Source: Guillardia theta CCMP2712 (Eukaryota > Protista > Cryptophyta). From it: a stretch of DNA of 64,000 nt. Numbering within the stretch: position 1 is the stretch's first letter; each line of letters starts with the position of its first letter. Location of the stretch: NCBI RefSeq assembly GCF_000315625.1, contig NW_005434600.1, forward strand, positions 91,515-155,514, in the 5' to 3' direction. The notes beneath the pieces were generated by a model. That model was not told the origin of the DNA. It saw only the letters and a list, made by a program, of their open reading frames with translations, and searched no databases. Both the position numbers and the translations under genes were made by a program. Positions 50,361-61,220 of the stretch are shown here, piece after piece.

Positions 50361-50464
50361 TTGATAGTCTTCTCTTCCAGCTATGAGGGCAGCAAGAGCT
50401 CTCTACGGCCACCGGCTACTGGACCTCTGTTGGGCGACAGAGTGTGCAAAACACGGGTGGTATC

Positions 50465-51020
50465 ATGTACCTCGAGGAGGAGCAGGCAGCAGATCTAAGC
50501 GAACGCACGAGGGATGCTCGCTCGTGCGTGAGGAGCTTCACCATAACCTGTTGGTTCCCTTCGTCAACAACTGCTAAGGTGGTCTGTGCTTCCCCTCGCT
50601 GTGTGCGCCACGAATTGATAGTGTGATGGCGTTATCAAATAAACTTCATATCTCTACTGTTATCAAATAAACTTCATATCCCTACTGTTATCAAATAAAC
50701 TTCATATCCCTACTGTTATCAAATAAACTTCATATCTCTACTGTTATCAAATAAACTTCATATCTCTACTGTTATCAAATAAACTTCATATCTCTACTGT
50801 TATCAAATAAACTTCATATCTCTACTATTATCAAATAAACTTCATATCTCTACTATTATCAAATAAACTTGATATCTCTACTCTCCACCTTTGTGTGCGA
50901 TCCAGCGGAGGTGCCTTGAGAATTCACTGTAGACGTCTGCAGCCGGTTTCAGCCTATTCGAAGATGTCATACTTCTTGATCACGGAGTCTGGGCTACATC
51001 TCTTAGTATTTTGAGATCTG
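50465..51020 (+). pseudogene. Degenerate member of the twin-IDxxGNF mini-protein family
   Basis: After the minisatellite, EFTVDVCSRFQP then (frameshifted) GVWATSL resemble SIDTCGNFQP...PWTSSI. An upstream exon-like MYLEEEQAADLSER.. ends at a GT. Confidence 0.35.
50631..50882. repeat. 28-bp minisatellite x9 (GTTATCAAATAAACTTCATATCTCTACT)
   Basis: Nine contiguous units with isolated substitutions and no spacers. Confidence 0.97.
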
Positions 51021-51062
51021 CGTATCTCTCTGATATATTTACAACAACACAATGATGAGTAA

Positions 51063-51395
51063 TCAAACAATCACGAAACACCCCAAGCGGTCAATAGAAC
51101 ATCGCCAGGGGCTGCTGTTCCCTTGCTGGTAGTGCAAATAGGAGCTGCATGGCTGAAAGTTGCCGCAGGTGTCGATGGACGAGCTGCAAATTTTCCTGCT
51201 CAGGGAGTAATAACAAGCCTGCCCATCATCATTCGAAGACTTGTGGTCCCCGCGCACAACTGGCAATGATTGCGAAGGTGCTCGGTGGCTGCATGCTAGT
51301 GCAAAGATGGCACGTTCCGATAAGATGGCGTCGCTGTAGTCCAGTGCTAAGATTTGTGTACTAGGACGATCATACGACATCTTAGCTGAACGCAT
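51063..51395 (-). CDS. Small protein of unknown family, twin IDxxGxF motif, copy 1
   Basis: C-terminus LSRKICSSSIDTCGNFQPCSSYLHYQQGNSSPWRCSIDRLGCF is conserved with two neighbouring ORFs. Start uncertain. Confidence 0.6.
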   Translation of the reverse strand: MRSAKMSYDRPSTQILALDYSDAILSERAIFALACSHRAPSQSLPVVRGDHKSSNDDGQACYYSLSRKICSSSIDTCGNFQPCSSYLHYQQGNSSPWRCSIDRLGCFVIV

Positions 51396-52121
51396 GACAA
51401 TGCAGGAGAAAGTAGAGGAGAACTTGCTGGTGGGTAGGACCAAACGATAGGCTGCTCGCTGGCAAAGAAGAAGGGAATGGGTTCTTCAAGGGTCCTTCAA
51501 GGCATACGAGACACAATTCTGTCAAGAAAAGCATTTTTCTGAATCGTTGTATGTTTAGACGGTCAGCGTCAGCAGATCAAGTATACTCCTTGCAGTGACC
51601 CCATAAAACCCTATTCCCGGCGGGGGTCCTTTAAGTAGTAACCACAAAACTTTCGATCAAAGTTTGTGTCGAAAGTTCATCTCATTTTCGTTCACCCTAC
51701 GGAAATTTCATATTTAGTCACGAGGACTCCGATAAGGTATATTTCTATCCGAAGAGACGGCTTTCCATGTCATGATCACGGCAATAGTGGTTTACAGATG
51801 TCAGCATCACGGTACCAAAAAGGGTCAGAGGTGCCTCCCCTCTCCCCCATCTAGTTTTATCCCCCCGCTCCGTCAGGTTTTCCCCCGGCTCATTCGCGTC
51901 CACCTTCACAAACCAGCTCCTCATCTCCTCCTCGACGATACACATACAATCCAGTCATTCTCCTTGCTGTTTCATAGGCTTCAACCTGCTCAACGCTGCC
52001 TATTCTGTCTTGACTTCTGCTTCTCCCTACATTTTCGCAAAGACCCAGAACAAACTGTTGGTATCAGTTTTCGCACAAAATGCAGCTGCCGCAGCTAGTG
52101 TTTCACTCTACACGGATTCAC

Positions 52122-52373
52122 ATGATTTCTATTTCGACTTACTCAAAGGAGCAACCCCATCACTGTGATATGTCGTCGGACAGCGATGGAAAATTGTCAT
52201 CCAGTCTGGAACCACACCCTTTCCCTTTTCAACTCAGCACAGAAATCTCTTGCTCTTCGATTGACTCGAATGGGAATTTCAAGCCCTTTAGCTCCTATTC
52301 GCTCTACGAGGCAGCGCATAATAATCCCTGGACCAGCTCCATCAACCATACAGGAAACTTCGTTCAGAGCTGA
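52122..52373 (+). CDS. Small protein of unknown family, twin IDxxGNF motif, copy 2
   Basis: LSTEISCSSIDSNGNFKPFSSYSLYEAAHNNPWTSSINHTGNF. Start uncertain. Confidence 0.6.
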   Translation: MISISTYSKEQPHHCDMSSDSDGKLSSSLEPHPFPFQLSTEISCSSIDSNGNFKPFSSYSLYEAAHNNPWTSSINHTGNFVQS

Positions 52374-52901
52374 AAGGACTGTGCTCGAAATATCAGCAGC
52401 AGCAATTACAATGTGACTGCCCACAACACTGTCAAGTCTTGTAAATTTGTGTTATTCTTGAAATGTTAAGGTACTCCCCCTCATCAAGTTAGATTGAAAT
52501 AAACTTGCCAATAATGTGAAAGATGAAAATGTCCAACCCGGTAATAGTGCAGGCGTGCTATTGTATTATGTTGTGCATACTCTTCCCTCTGGATGCGTTT
52601 TTATGTTTGTGCACAAAGTTCCTCCATCTAAAGCAAGAATCGAGAAAACAATCTCAAAAGAACATAGATGAGTAGTTGGAAAAAGATGCCACCCAAATCG
52701 AACTTTACACAGTATCGAAGTCGAAAATTTGTTTTTTTGTGGCACCATTGTGCATTGACACATCGCGCAAAATCTATTTGAAATACATATTTATTTAAAT
52801 CTGCAACAAATTCCCTGTTTTAGGAGCTGTTCACTTCTCATTGCTGTAAAATACAAGATCTGTTGTTAAAGGAAACCTCACGCCCACCCTCATCGTCTTC
52901 G

Positions 52902-53132
52902 TCATCGTGCAAAGTTTCCGTGTCGATCGATAGAGCTTCTCAAGGCATTCCTATGAGCTGCTATGTAGCTTTCGTAGCTGCTGCATGGCTGAAAGTTGCC
53001 GCACGAGTCGATGGCTAAGTGCGCGATCTCTGAGCTCAGGCACCACGATGAAACCAACCTTTCTTGCGGCTTGGGGGCATCTCTTGAAATCGCAGCGTCG
53101 GATTCCTGATCAGAGCAGAAGTATACATGCAT
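52902..53132 (-). CDS. Small protein of unknown family, twin IDxxGNF motif, copy 3 (open frame extends to 53564)
   Basis: LSSEIAHLAIDSCGNFQPCSSYESYIAAHRNALRSSIDRHGNF. Confidence 0.6.
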   Translation of the reverse strand: MHVYFCSDQESDAAISRDAPKPQERLVSSWCLSSEIAHLAIDSCGNFQPCSSYESYIAAHRNALRSSIDRHGNFAR

Positions 53133-53689
53133 CGTCGGAGCATGATCGACTGAAATGAACGAGGAAGGCTGAGAAACAAGAAGACACATGTCTGTGCAAG
53201 CAAAGAAGCTGATGGGTCTTAGTTTGAGCAGGCGGGAGTAGAGGTTTGAAACGTGCGGAGAGAGCCGATGAGGGATAAAGATATTCCGATGCAATTGGTG
53301 GGGGGAGGAAGGGGGAAAGGAGGGACAAGTCGAGGATGGAGGGGAGAGGATGACAGCCAATATGGAAGTGCTGATAGAGGGAGGGAGAAAATAAGGGGCA
53401 GGCGCACTGGGTATCCAGAATTCCGAGGAGCAGACAGAGGAGACAAGATGTGAAAATACTTCTTTTCGGGTTGCATCGGCATTTGCTGACTGGGTCACGT
53501 GTAACCATCCATGGGATAAAGAGCTATTATTATATCCAACACGATTGGATCGTTGCGAATTCATAGTGTCATAATTGCCGTTACGCTTTTAACGGACAGA
53601 TAAGACCGAGGGCCCGTAAGCGTCGAAACGCTGCTGACGTTGAGGCTTTAACTTCCCTCGATTAGCACGACTCTGGTCACGGACGCACC

Positions 53690-54200
53690 ACTCACCGTCA
53701 AGTACGTGTACCCCCTAGGCTTCACGTCCGTACTGATAGTACGGTACCGTGGCTGAACTTGATAGTACTCCGAGCGGATGGACGGACCGTACGGTACGTA
53801 CCGTCGGTGAACTCAGCGGCCAAGTTGAACTTCACATCCGATCGCTGAGTCGACCAGCGGCCGCGGGGCGGCCGCGGGGGCCACCGTTAGAACACACGGC
53901 CGCGTGCGGGGCAAAAAGGTGGCAACTTGGCCGACCGTGTGGAATGGGCCGCGGCCCGGCCCGGCCGCGGGATCGCACTGCGGCCGCACGCGGGATGCCG
54001 CCGCGGTGACGACGGTCCGCGGTCGACGGCGGGGCCGGGTCACGGGTCGCCGAACTAAACTTTGAGTAAAAAAAAAAACACTGACAGTTGATTGCCGCAC
54101 GGTGGCCCGGCCCGGCCGGGCCGCACTGCACACATTCGTTCACAAAGTCACGTGTGAAAGTGATCGGAAGCTGCCGCAGGTCCTCGTACGGGGGCGCCCG
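53690..54200. other. Class I island 5' of mini-protein copy 3
   Basis: GTACGGTACCGT, GCGGCCGC, CCGCGG and GGCCAAGTTGAACTT words; GTCCTCGTA at 54180-54188. Confidence 0.65.
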
Positions 54201-54407
54201 GTGGGTTTGAAAGTGTTTACGTTTAATTCATCACGAGCTGAAGACTCCTGACAATAGGATGGCATGTTCAGGCATACGGAAAGAAAAGAATCTGGGGGCA
54301 AGTAATAAAGGCATGAACAGGTTTCGCAAGGCAGCAGGAGCAAAGAGGCAAAAGGCGAAGATGCAGGAGAAGGTTCGCAATGGTCTTGAAGGTTTTGGGC
54401 AGAATGT

Positions 54408-56875
54408 TCATCGGAGAGAGTCCAAGTTGGAGGTACTGAACGAGATCCTGAGTCGCATCCCGTCCAAAACCTATGGATGCCAAGCACGCAGATCAGCACA
54501 GCAGCGGGAAAGGGAGCAGGGGAGACTCACCGTCCCGTGCGTGTAGCAGAGTGCCTCCGCTGCATCCTGGATGGAAGGGAGCTCAACCTGTCAGTCCACG
54601 TTAGATCATCAGCCGACTCGCAGCCAGCCTTGCGAGAGAGAGTGAGTGGGGAAGGGAGGAGGAGGAGGCAAGGACGAGGGAGGCTGAGGAGTACCAGGGC
54701 CATCTTGCGGTCCACAGTCTGCGTTTCTGAGCGACCGCTGATGAATTTCAGCTTTGCGACAGGCCCGTAGTCAGCAAACAAGCCCTGCACAAGGGAAAAG
54801 AAAAAATGTCAAATAGGTGCTCAAAGGGAATCTTCAGCAACCCAGCAGTACATACCTTGAGGTCGTCCTCAGTGACGTGCAAAGGGATGTTGGAAATCTG
54901 TTGTCAGAGAGTAAGAAGAGCTTCAAGCATCGACGGAGATAGAGCTCATACATGCAGCAGCTTGCTCGGTTCGATCGAAGGGATGCTCCTTGCATTCGCT
55001 CCACGGTACCTGCAAACAGAGGAGTCAACAGACGGGCCTCCCTCTCCTCCTGTCCCTCACCTCTGGATGTTCGAGGTAGAGTAGTCTCCAAAGAGCTTCG
55101 CGCCCTCCTCTTCGATGTCAGATCGATTAGCCTGGACCTGGAATGAAGCGGTCAGTCTGAGCTTACACAGTGGCGAGGAGGCGATCGCACCGTGTCGTGC
55201 TTCGAGGTCGAGATGACGAGGTTGCGTCCCCAGAGAGGGCACTGGAGCAGGACCACGTCACAGACAAGTAGACAGCGAAGCTGGGAAGCAGCAAAGGAGA
55301 GGAGAATTCGAGAAAGGTCACCGAGTTCAGGGTAATACGAGCGTTCTCCGCATGATCAGGCGACTCGAATTGAATCAGTGCCGAGTCACGCTGGAACGGC
55401 AGGATGAGTTGAGAGAGACAAGCATGCGCCTGGTTCGCACCTTGTTGTACAAAATCTTGATTTTCTGGATGATTCCACAGGTGCTGAGCAAGCCATGTCA
55501 ACGTGACTTCCAACTACGGCTCCTCTCACCTGAACAAGTTGAAGAGAGCGTCGATAGTCACTCTATCAGGATCAAGGTTGTTCACAAGGATCACAGGACT
55601 GCAAAAAGATTGCATGTCAGCCCGACTGTTAAGAAGACAATTCGAAAATGAATATTATGATCATGACCCAACACTTTCACCCAAAAAGTCGTCTCTTACC
55701 TCTTGTACATGCCCATCATGGGATCACGTCCCATATCATAGGGATACATGGACCTGCAAACACACGCGTCACACTTGGCTCCACCTGATCCTCTGACTAA
55801 AATACCTTGGATCCAACCCCGGAGCCCCTCTAGCCGGCATTGGGATCCTCGTGTCGGGCGCAAGTCCCCTGGTACCAAACCCAGCACCATTGGGGCTGTC
55901 GCCACCCCAGCCAGGGGACAGAGGGTTCCTCCGGACATCAGCGCCCAGGGGACCAAATGAACGAGTGTCCGGGATACGCAGCGGATCGATGCCCCGCTGC
56001 GGGTCCATACCAAAGGCTGGGTCGAGCCTGGGGTCGGCCAACATACCAGGATCCATCCTCCCTCCTGGGTCCATTCGCATGTCCAGGAATGGCTCACCAC
56101 CAAGGCGCATCCTGTCGATCCCTCGGGAAACATCAATTGCAGCAGCACTCCAGTTGCTCTGAGATGCTGGAGGGCGTCCGTCGATTGGCCTCATGTCGTA
56201 TCGATCGGCTGGAGATTCGTTGGGGTTTCCAGCTGGAAGGTTAGGGTTGGTAAAATCGTAGGATCGCTCGTTGTTGTACTTGACGGTGATGTCGAGGAGG
56301 TTTGAGAACCCAATCTGCAGATTGTTGCAACCATTGTAGATGTTGAGACCGTTGAAACGATCCAGGGCAGCCTGGGCATCCGCAGGGCGCTCGAACTGTA
56401 CAAGAGCTTGTGTCTTGCCCTGCTTGTTGAAGATGACAATCTTCTCAATCGTTCCCATCATCGAGAACACCTGATACATCACATCCACGTCCACCTTGTA
56501 CACCACGTTCGTCACAGTCACAAGAAGGATCCTTGCATCGCTGTTGGGAGGGACTGCGTTCCAACTTCGCTCGCGCACGAAGCCTTCACCCTCATACTCC
56601 CGCGTGGGCGGGGATAGCTCAGTCTTGTTGGAGTACTGTGCAACGATGACGCGCGTTCCAACACGTATCGGCACGCTCTCGCACTCTGCCAACATCCTCG
56701 CACTGTCTTCAAGACTCACGAACTCAACGAAGGCCTGGTGCTTGCGGGACAAGTGGAAGACCCGACGAACCTCGCCGAAGCGGCTGGCGAGGGTTTTCAA
56801 GTCTCCTTCATTGCATTCCTCTGGGAGGTTACGAATGTGAAGGACTTTAGATGGTTCTGTTGTGTACTCGGACAT
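54408..56875 (-). CDS. PTB: Polypyrimidine tract-binding protein / hnRNP L family (4 RRMs, multi-exon)
   Basis: RRM1 PSKVLHIRNLP; RRM2 RILLVTVTNVVYKVDVDVMYQVFSMMGTIEKIVIFNKQGKTQALVQF...NIYNGCNNLQIGFS; RRM3 SPVILVNNLDPDRVTIDALFNLF; RRM4 PSKLLH..ISNIP; last exon VLDGMRLRISFSTSNLDSLR*. Probable 5'UTR intron at about 56881-56931. Confidence 0.93.
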
Positions 56876-57423
56876 TGAACCTGGAACCACATACTTCAAT
56901 TCCTCAAGCCATCCCACCACACGAACCTTACCGTCGACTTAGAGCTTTAGGAGGAAGAAGCGCAAATCAAGAGAAGAGCGTTCACAAGACGTAGGAAGGA
57001 ACAGAAATGTCACTGGGACGACGGAAAAGCGCGCACCAGAAGAAATGGAGCGTTCGAATGGAGCGATGGATAAAGCCGGTTATCTCAAGCACCAGCAACG
57101 ACCTCGATCTGCTACTTTAGGAAAAGGCTAGCAGAGCAATCAACGTGAAGAGGCTGGGATGAGGAAAGGCGGGGGGTCACCAATGAGAGACAGGAAAGTC
57201 CTTGATCGAAACACGCGTGCGTGAGCGAGTCGATGCTGAGGGGTGGGTTGGAGGAGCGCAGCGGGGGGGGGGAGGAGGTTGCGGGGGCGGTGAGATGAGG
57301 AGAAGGAGAGGGCACAAGAGAGGGGAGAGGAGGGGAGAGGGAGGGGAGGAGGAGGGGACGAAGGCGAAGGGGGGCGGGGGGGAGGGAGGGGGGGGGGGAG
57401 GAGGGGCGAGGCGGAAGGGAGGG

Positions 57424-57840
57424 NNNNNNNNNNNNNNNNNNNNNNNNNNNNNNNNNNNNNNNNNNNNNNNNNNNNNNNNNNNNNNNNNNNNNNNNNNNNN
57501 NNNNNNNNNNNNNNNNNNNNNNNNNNNNNNNNNNNNNNNNNNNNNNNNNNNNNNNNNNNNNNNNNNNNNNNNNNNNNNNNNNNNNNNNNNNNNNNNNNNN
57601 NNNNNNNNNNNNNNNNNNNNNNNNNNNNNNNNNNNNNNNNNNNNNNNNNNNNNNNNNNNNNNNNNNNNNNNNNNNNNNNNNNNNNNNNNNNNNNNNNNNN
57701 NNNNNNNNNNNNNNNNNNNNNNNNNNNNNNNNNNNNNNNNNNNNNNNNNNNNNNNNNNNNNNNNNNNNNNNNNNNNNNNNNNNNNNNNNNNNNNNNNNNN
57801 NNNNNNNNNNNNNNNNNNNNNNNNNNNNNNNNNNNNNNNN
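57424..57840. other. Assembly gap (others: 26804-26903, 29740-29839, 31923-32022, 41745-41859, 42034-42133)
   Basis: Runs of N, mostly beside purine/pyrimidine-rich simple repeats. Confidence 1.
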
Positions 57841-57984
57841 TAAAAAGAGTGGAGGGAAGGGACAGAAGCCAAGGAAGCAGAATGGATAAGGGGGGGGGGG
57901 AGGAGGGCAGCGAAGGGAGGGCAGGGGGAGCCGAGGTAGCGAGCGGAAGAGAGGAAGGTGCCCGCGCTAGCACGCACGCAGAGG

Positions 57985-58740
57985 TGAGTGGGGGGTGGGG
58001 TGGTATAACCCCACATAAATGTGTAAAAATCATCAATAGTGAGTAAAGTATTAGTTATATATTGTTTTTTATTACCATAGATTTTTCTGTTATTGAGGAC
58101 ATTGTGGGGTACGAGGGTGGTATTTCGATGAAGGGCAAGGTCCTCCTAATTTTATTACTACAAATTTATAGAGTAATTAATACCAAGTGAATATTTAGAT
58201 CATTTCTTTGTTCCACCCACCCAGATCCGTTCATACTACCCCACCCAGTTGGGATCCGGGATCAGCAGATGCAGCACTGATAGTTGTGACTGTCTCACAA
58301 TTACGACCGGGTACTTGATAGGATTTTGTGGGGTTGGGGGTGGAAGGGTTCTGTCTCAGTTTTCTCCTGGTGGGTGGAGTGGCGTTTGTGCACTGGTAGG
58401 GTACAACATGTCCATATCCAAGCATATGGGGTAAAGATGAGATATTGTTTAAGTGATAATATAGTAAATAATGGTGTAGCTATGTGATGGCAGAGACAGG
58501 AGAAATCGAGGAAAATATGTGAAGGCAGATGTGAAGGGTGGTCAAAGAACAGCCCCTCTGGGAAGATGCTTCAAGGGGTTGGGGTAGTCTTTTCGCATGC
58601 GTGTATGGTGCTGTTGTAGACGGGGGTGGAGGTAGATGGGTGGGTGGTTTAGGAAATTCATTAGAGGGGGTGGGTAGGGGTCAGGGTAGTATTTCTGATA
58701 ACCGTTCGAGCCATGGCTGTGAGGTAACTAGGTAGACGAC
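57985..58740. other. Class II GGGT/ACCC-rich island 5' of PTB
   Basis: Repeated GGGGTGG, GGGTA and TACCCCACCC words. A shorter class II patch lies at about 51595-51900. Confidence 0.55.
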
Positions 58741-59453
58741 ATAGGTTGGTTACTGTCAATGCCGTTGGTAAACATGGTGTTGTCTCTTACTTCTCTTGGT
58801 GTCCCTGTTTGACTACTGCTGTTTACCTTGATACCCTTGTTTGCTCTTTCTGGATACGATCTCCTCATTCTCTTGTTGTCCAGAGTTGCTATGGGAAACT
58901 GAAGGGAAAGGCATTGTGGTTGATCTCCATGTTGTTGTGTGAAGTACTCCTAGCAGCTGATAGCGTTGTCGCTGAGTTTTGTTTCTTGCCATCGATCTTC
59001 CTTTTGCATTAAGTTTCCGTCTCTGTTGCTTTTGGTTTGTTTCTGTACTACTTTAATCGACAGAATGAAGTGGATCAAATGTCTTAAATAACTGATATCG
59101 ATTGTTTTTTAAATTCTCTCCATCTGTGCTCAATAAATGTATTGGAGCCATTACCCTCTCGGATTGCATCGATGATGTTCATCAACAGCGGACAAGTGCT
59201 TCAAAGCTTACAGTTGTAACGTGTGGTTTACAAGGGAACTTTACATTGGGCAATTGATTTGACAGTGAGAAAACGTGCTTGGTTAACCTAAATTAGCTTC
59301 GCTGCTCGAAATTGGCCGCTCAACAGGTATGCAGAAGATGTAACTGATGAAGCCGATGAAGCAGTTAATGAAGAGAAACAAGATCCAAGCTCCGCTGTTC
59401 TCCGGCGACTTCGCACGACCTGGCATAGATGTCACAACAAGAGAATGACGATC

Positions 59454-60930
59454 TCAGTGCATGTTTCCAAGAGCATGAGATGAAGTTTTGTTGTGTGAGC
59501 GACTGGTTTTGTGAGGGGGGGGGTAGATACCGTCAAAGACTGAGGGAGTAGGCCCTCCATCCTCGGCTGTGTCCATCTTAGAGGACTCCCAGAAGCCTGC
59601 GGTTGAGGAGAATAGCTCAGGCGAGGACGGGAACAGATGCGACGAAGCACCTTTGCAGGCATCAACCATCTTCCACGAGTCCTTGGAGTAAGTCTCGCAG
59701 ACGTCTCTGCCAAGGTTTCGAATCTCCTCGCTCCCCTTGCCCCCCTTCACGCACAAGGTCAGCAAAGACACACTTCGGTTGCATAATCGCTCACCATCTC
59801 AGCGAGAGGCACTCCGTTGATCGTGATCTGTTTCATTCGCGTCATGACTTTGAACAGCTCTCTTCACGATGTAACTGACCCATGGAAAGAACTGTGGGCT
59901 GGGATCCAACTCGCTTGTCTCGGCCGCACTCTGCAGAAGGACGGAAGCACCTTCAGTGCCGTTAACGCATCGTTGCAGTTCCGTAACGTTCAGTCCATCT
60001 CCAAAGTCCCCTACACAAGATGCTGCGACATCTGTCGAACGCGCGTATCATACCCACCCTTATCGTGTTTTGAGCACCCTTACCGTCTACTGGACCAAAG
60101 CACTGGTCCGGCGGCCGCTCATCACTCAGGCACGCCTTGGCAATGATGCAGAGCGAGACCTGTCAAACAATCAGCAAGGCGCATGCACATGAGAGTAAGA
60201 GTACTGGAAAGAACTTCTTGACATCGGGATATCTTTTCTGCAGACAACCGTGCCACAGGTTGCTCCGGCAAGAGTCAGAGGGCTGCGGTCCACATTCGAA
60301 CACGAGCAAAGAACTGAGACAGGACGAGTCAGGAAGATTTCTCTCATCACTGTCTGACATCTTACGGATCTTGGCTTCGCAAGCTGGTCAGGTTGAGAGG
60401 AGTCCCATCTTGTGATAGCGCAGTGCTTGCCCCCCAGGGGACGATGTGTAAATTCATGACGCTCGAGCCCTTTCGGGGAAGGAGTCAAAATACTCTGGCA
60501 ACCTTGCTCACACAATGAACATGGTCCTGACCTGAAGCGCCTGCACGACGTGCCCGATGGATTTTGTGAACGCCTCTTTGGTGTTTCTGTCGCTCATCGA
60601 CGCGAACACCTTGACCTCAACTCTATCCGAAGATGTCAGCCATGCGTTGGATAGGCCGGTCCCCATGAAGCTGCCCTGAGCTGCAAGCAGCGGCAAGACC
60701 CTCATTACGATGCTCTTGTGCTGAGGCCCTTCACTGTTCGTCGGCGAAAGGGACAGCTTTGCTTTTTCTTGCGACCGCTCTATTCGCAGATTGTGACGTG
60801 CTAGAGCCGGCAACAAGCTTGCAAGGAGGAGAAAGAGCTTGCAAGATCTCGCTGTGACATGAAGATGAAAGCATCCTCCATCATGCCTGCTCGCTCTCCT
60901 CCTCATCACCGCACTGCAGCTATTGGTCAT
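59454..60930 (-). CDS. GILT (lysosomal thiol reductase)-like secreted protein with degenerate active site
   Basis: Hydrophobic leader KLFLLLASLLPALA; VEVKVFASMSDRN at the CXXC position; FECGPQPSDSCRSNLWHGC resembles CQHGxxECxxNxxxxC; later ELQRCVNGTEG, LDPSPQFFPW and NLGRDVCETY follow GILT order. Confidence 0.65.
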
Positions 60931-61220
60931 CGGACCTGTCGAATATCCCTCACAAGGTCCTTGCTTTTTTTCAACAATGCCAGTCCCTGCAGCTGTATCC
61001 TTGTTCGCCCTCTCCTCCTCGTCAGATCACTATGGGTTCCATCATCGTCTTCCTCCTGCCTCGCTCAGACACGCCAGGACGCACTATCGTACCCCGACAT
61101 TGCTTCGTCTATCTTGGGTATTCGTCTGAGACCGTTGTTTTTCGTTACGAATGGAACTGAAGGTGTGCATGCAACGGCCTATAACGGTCTGCCTCTTTGT
61201 AAGCGGCTCTTCAGGCGACA

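Noticed and set aside
50631-50882. 28-bp repeat array of CRISPR-like unit length
   Set aside because: Units are contiguous with no spacers, there are no cas genes, and the context is eukaryotic; it is a minisatellite.
54259-54546. Basic 95-aa plus-strand ORF
   Set aside because: Antisense to the final PTB exons and 3' UTR.
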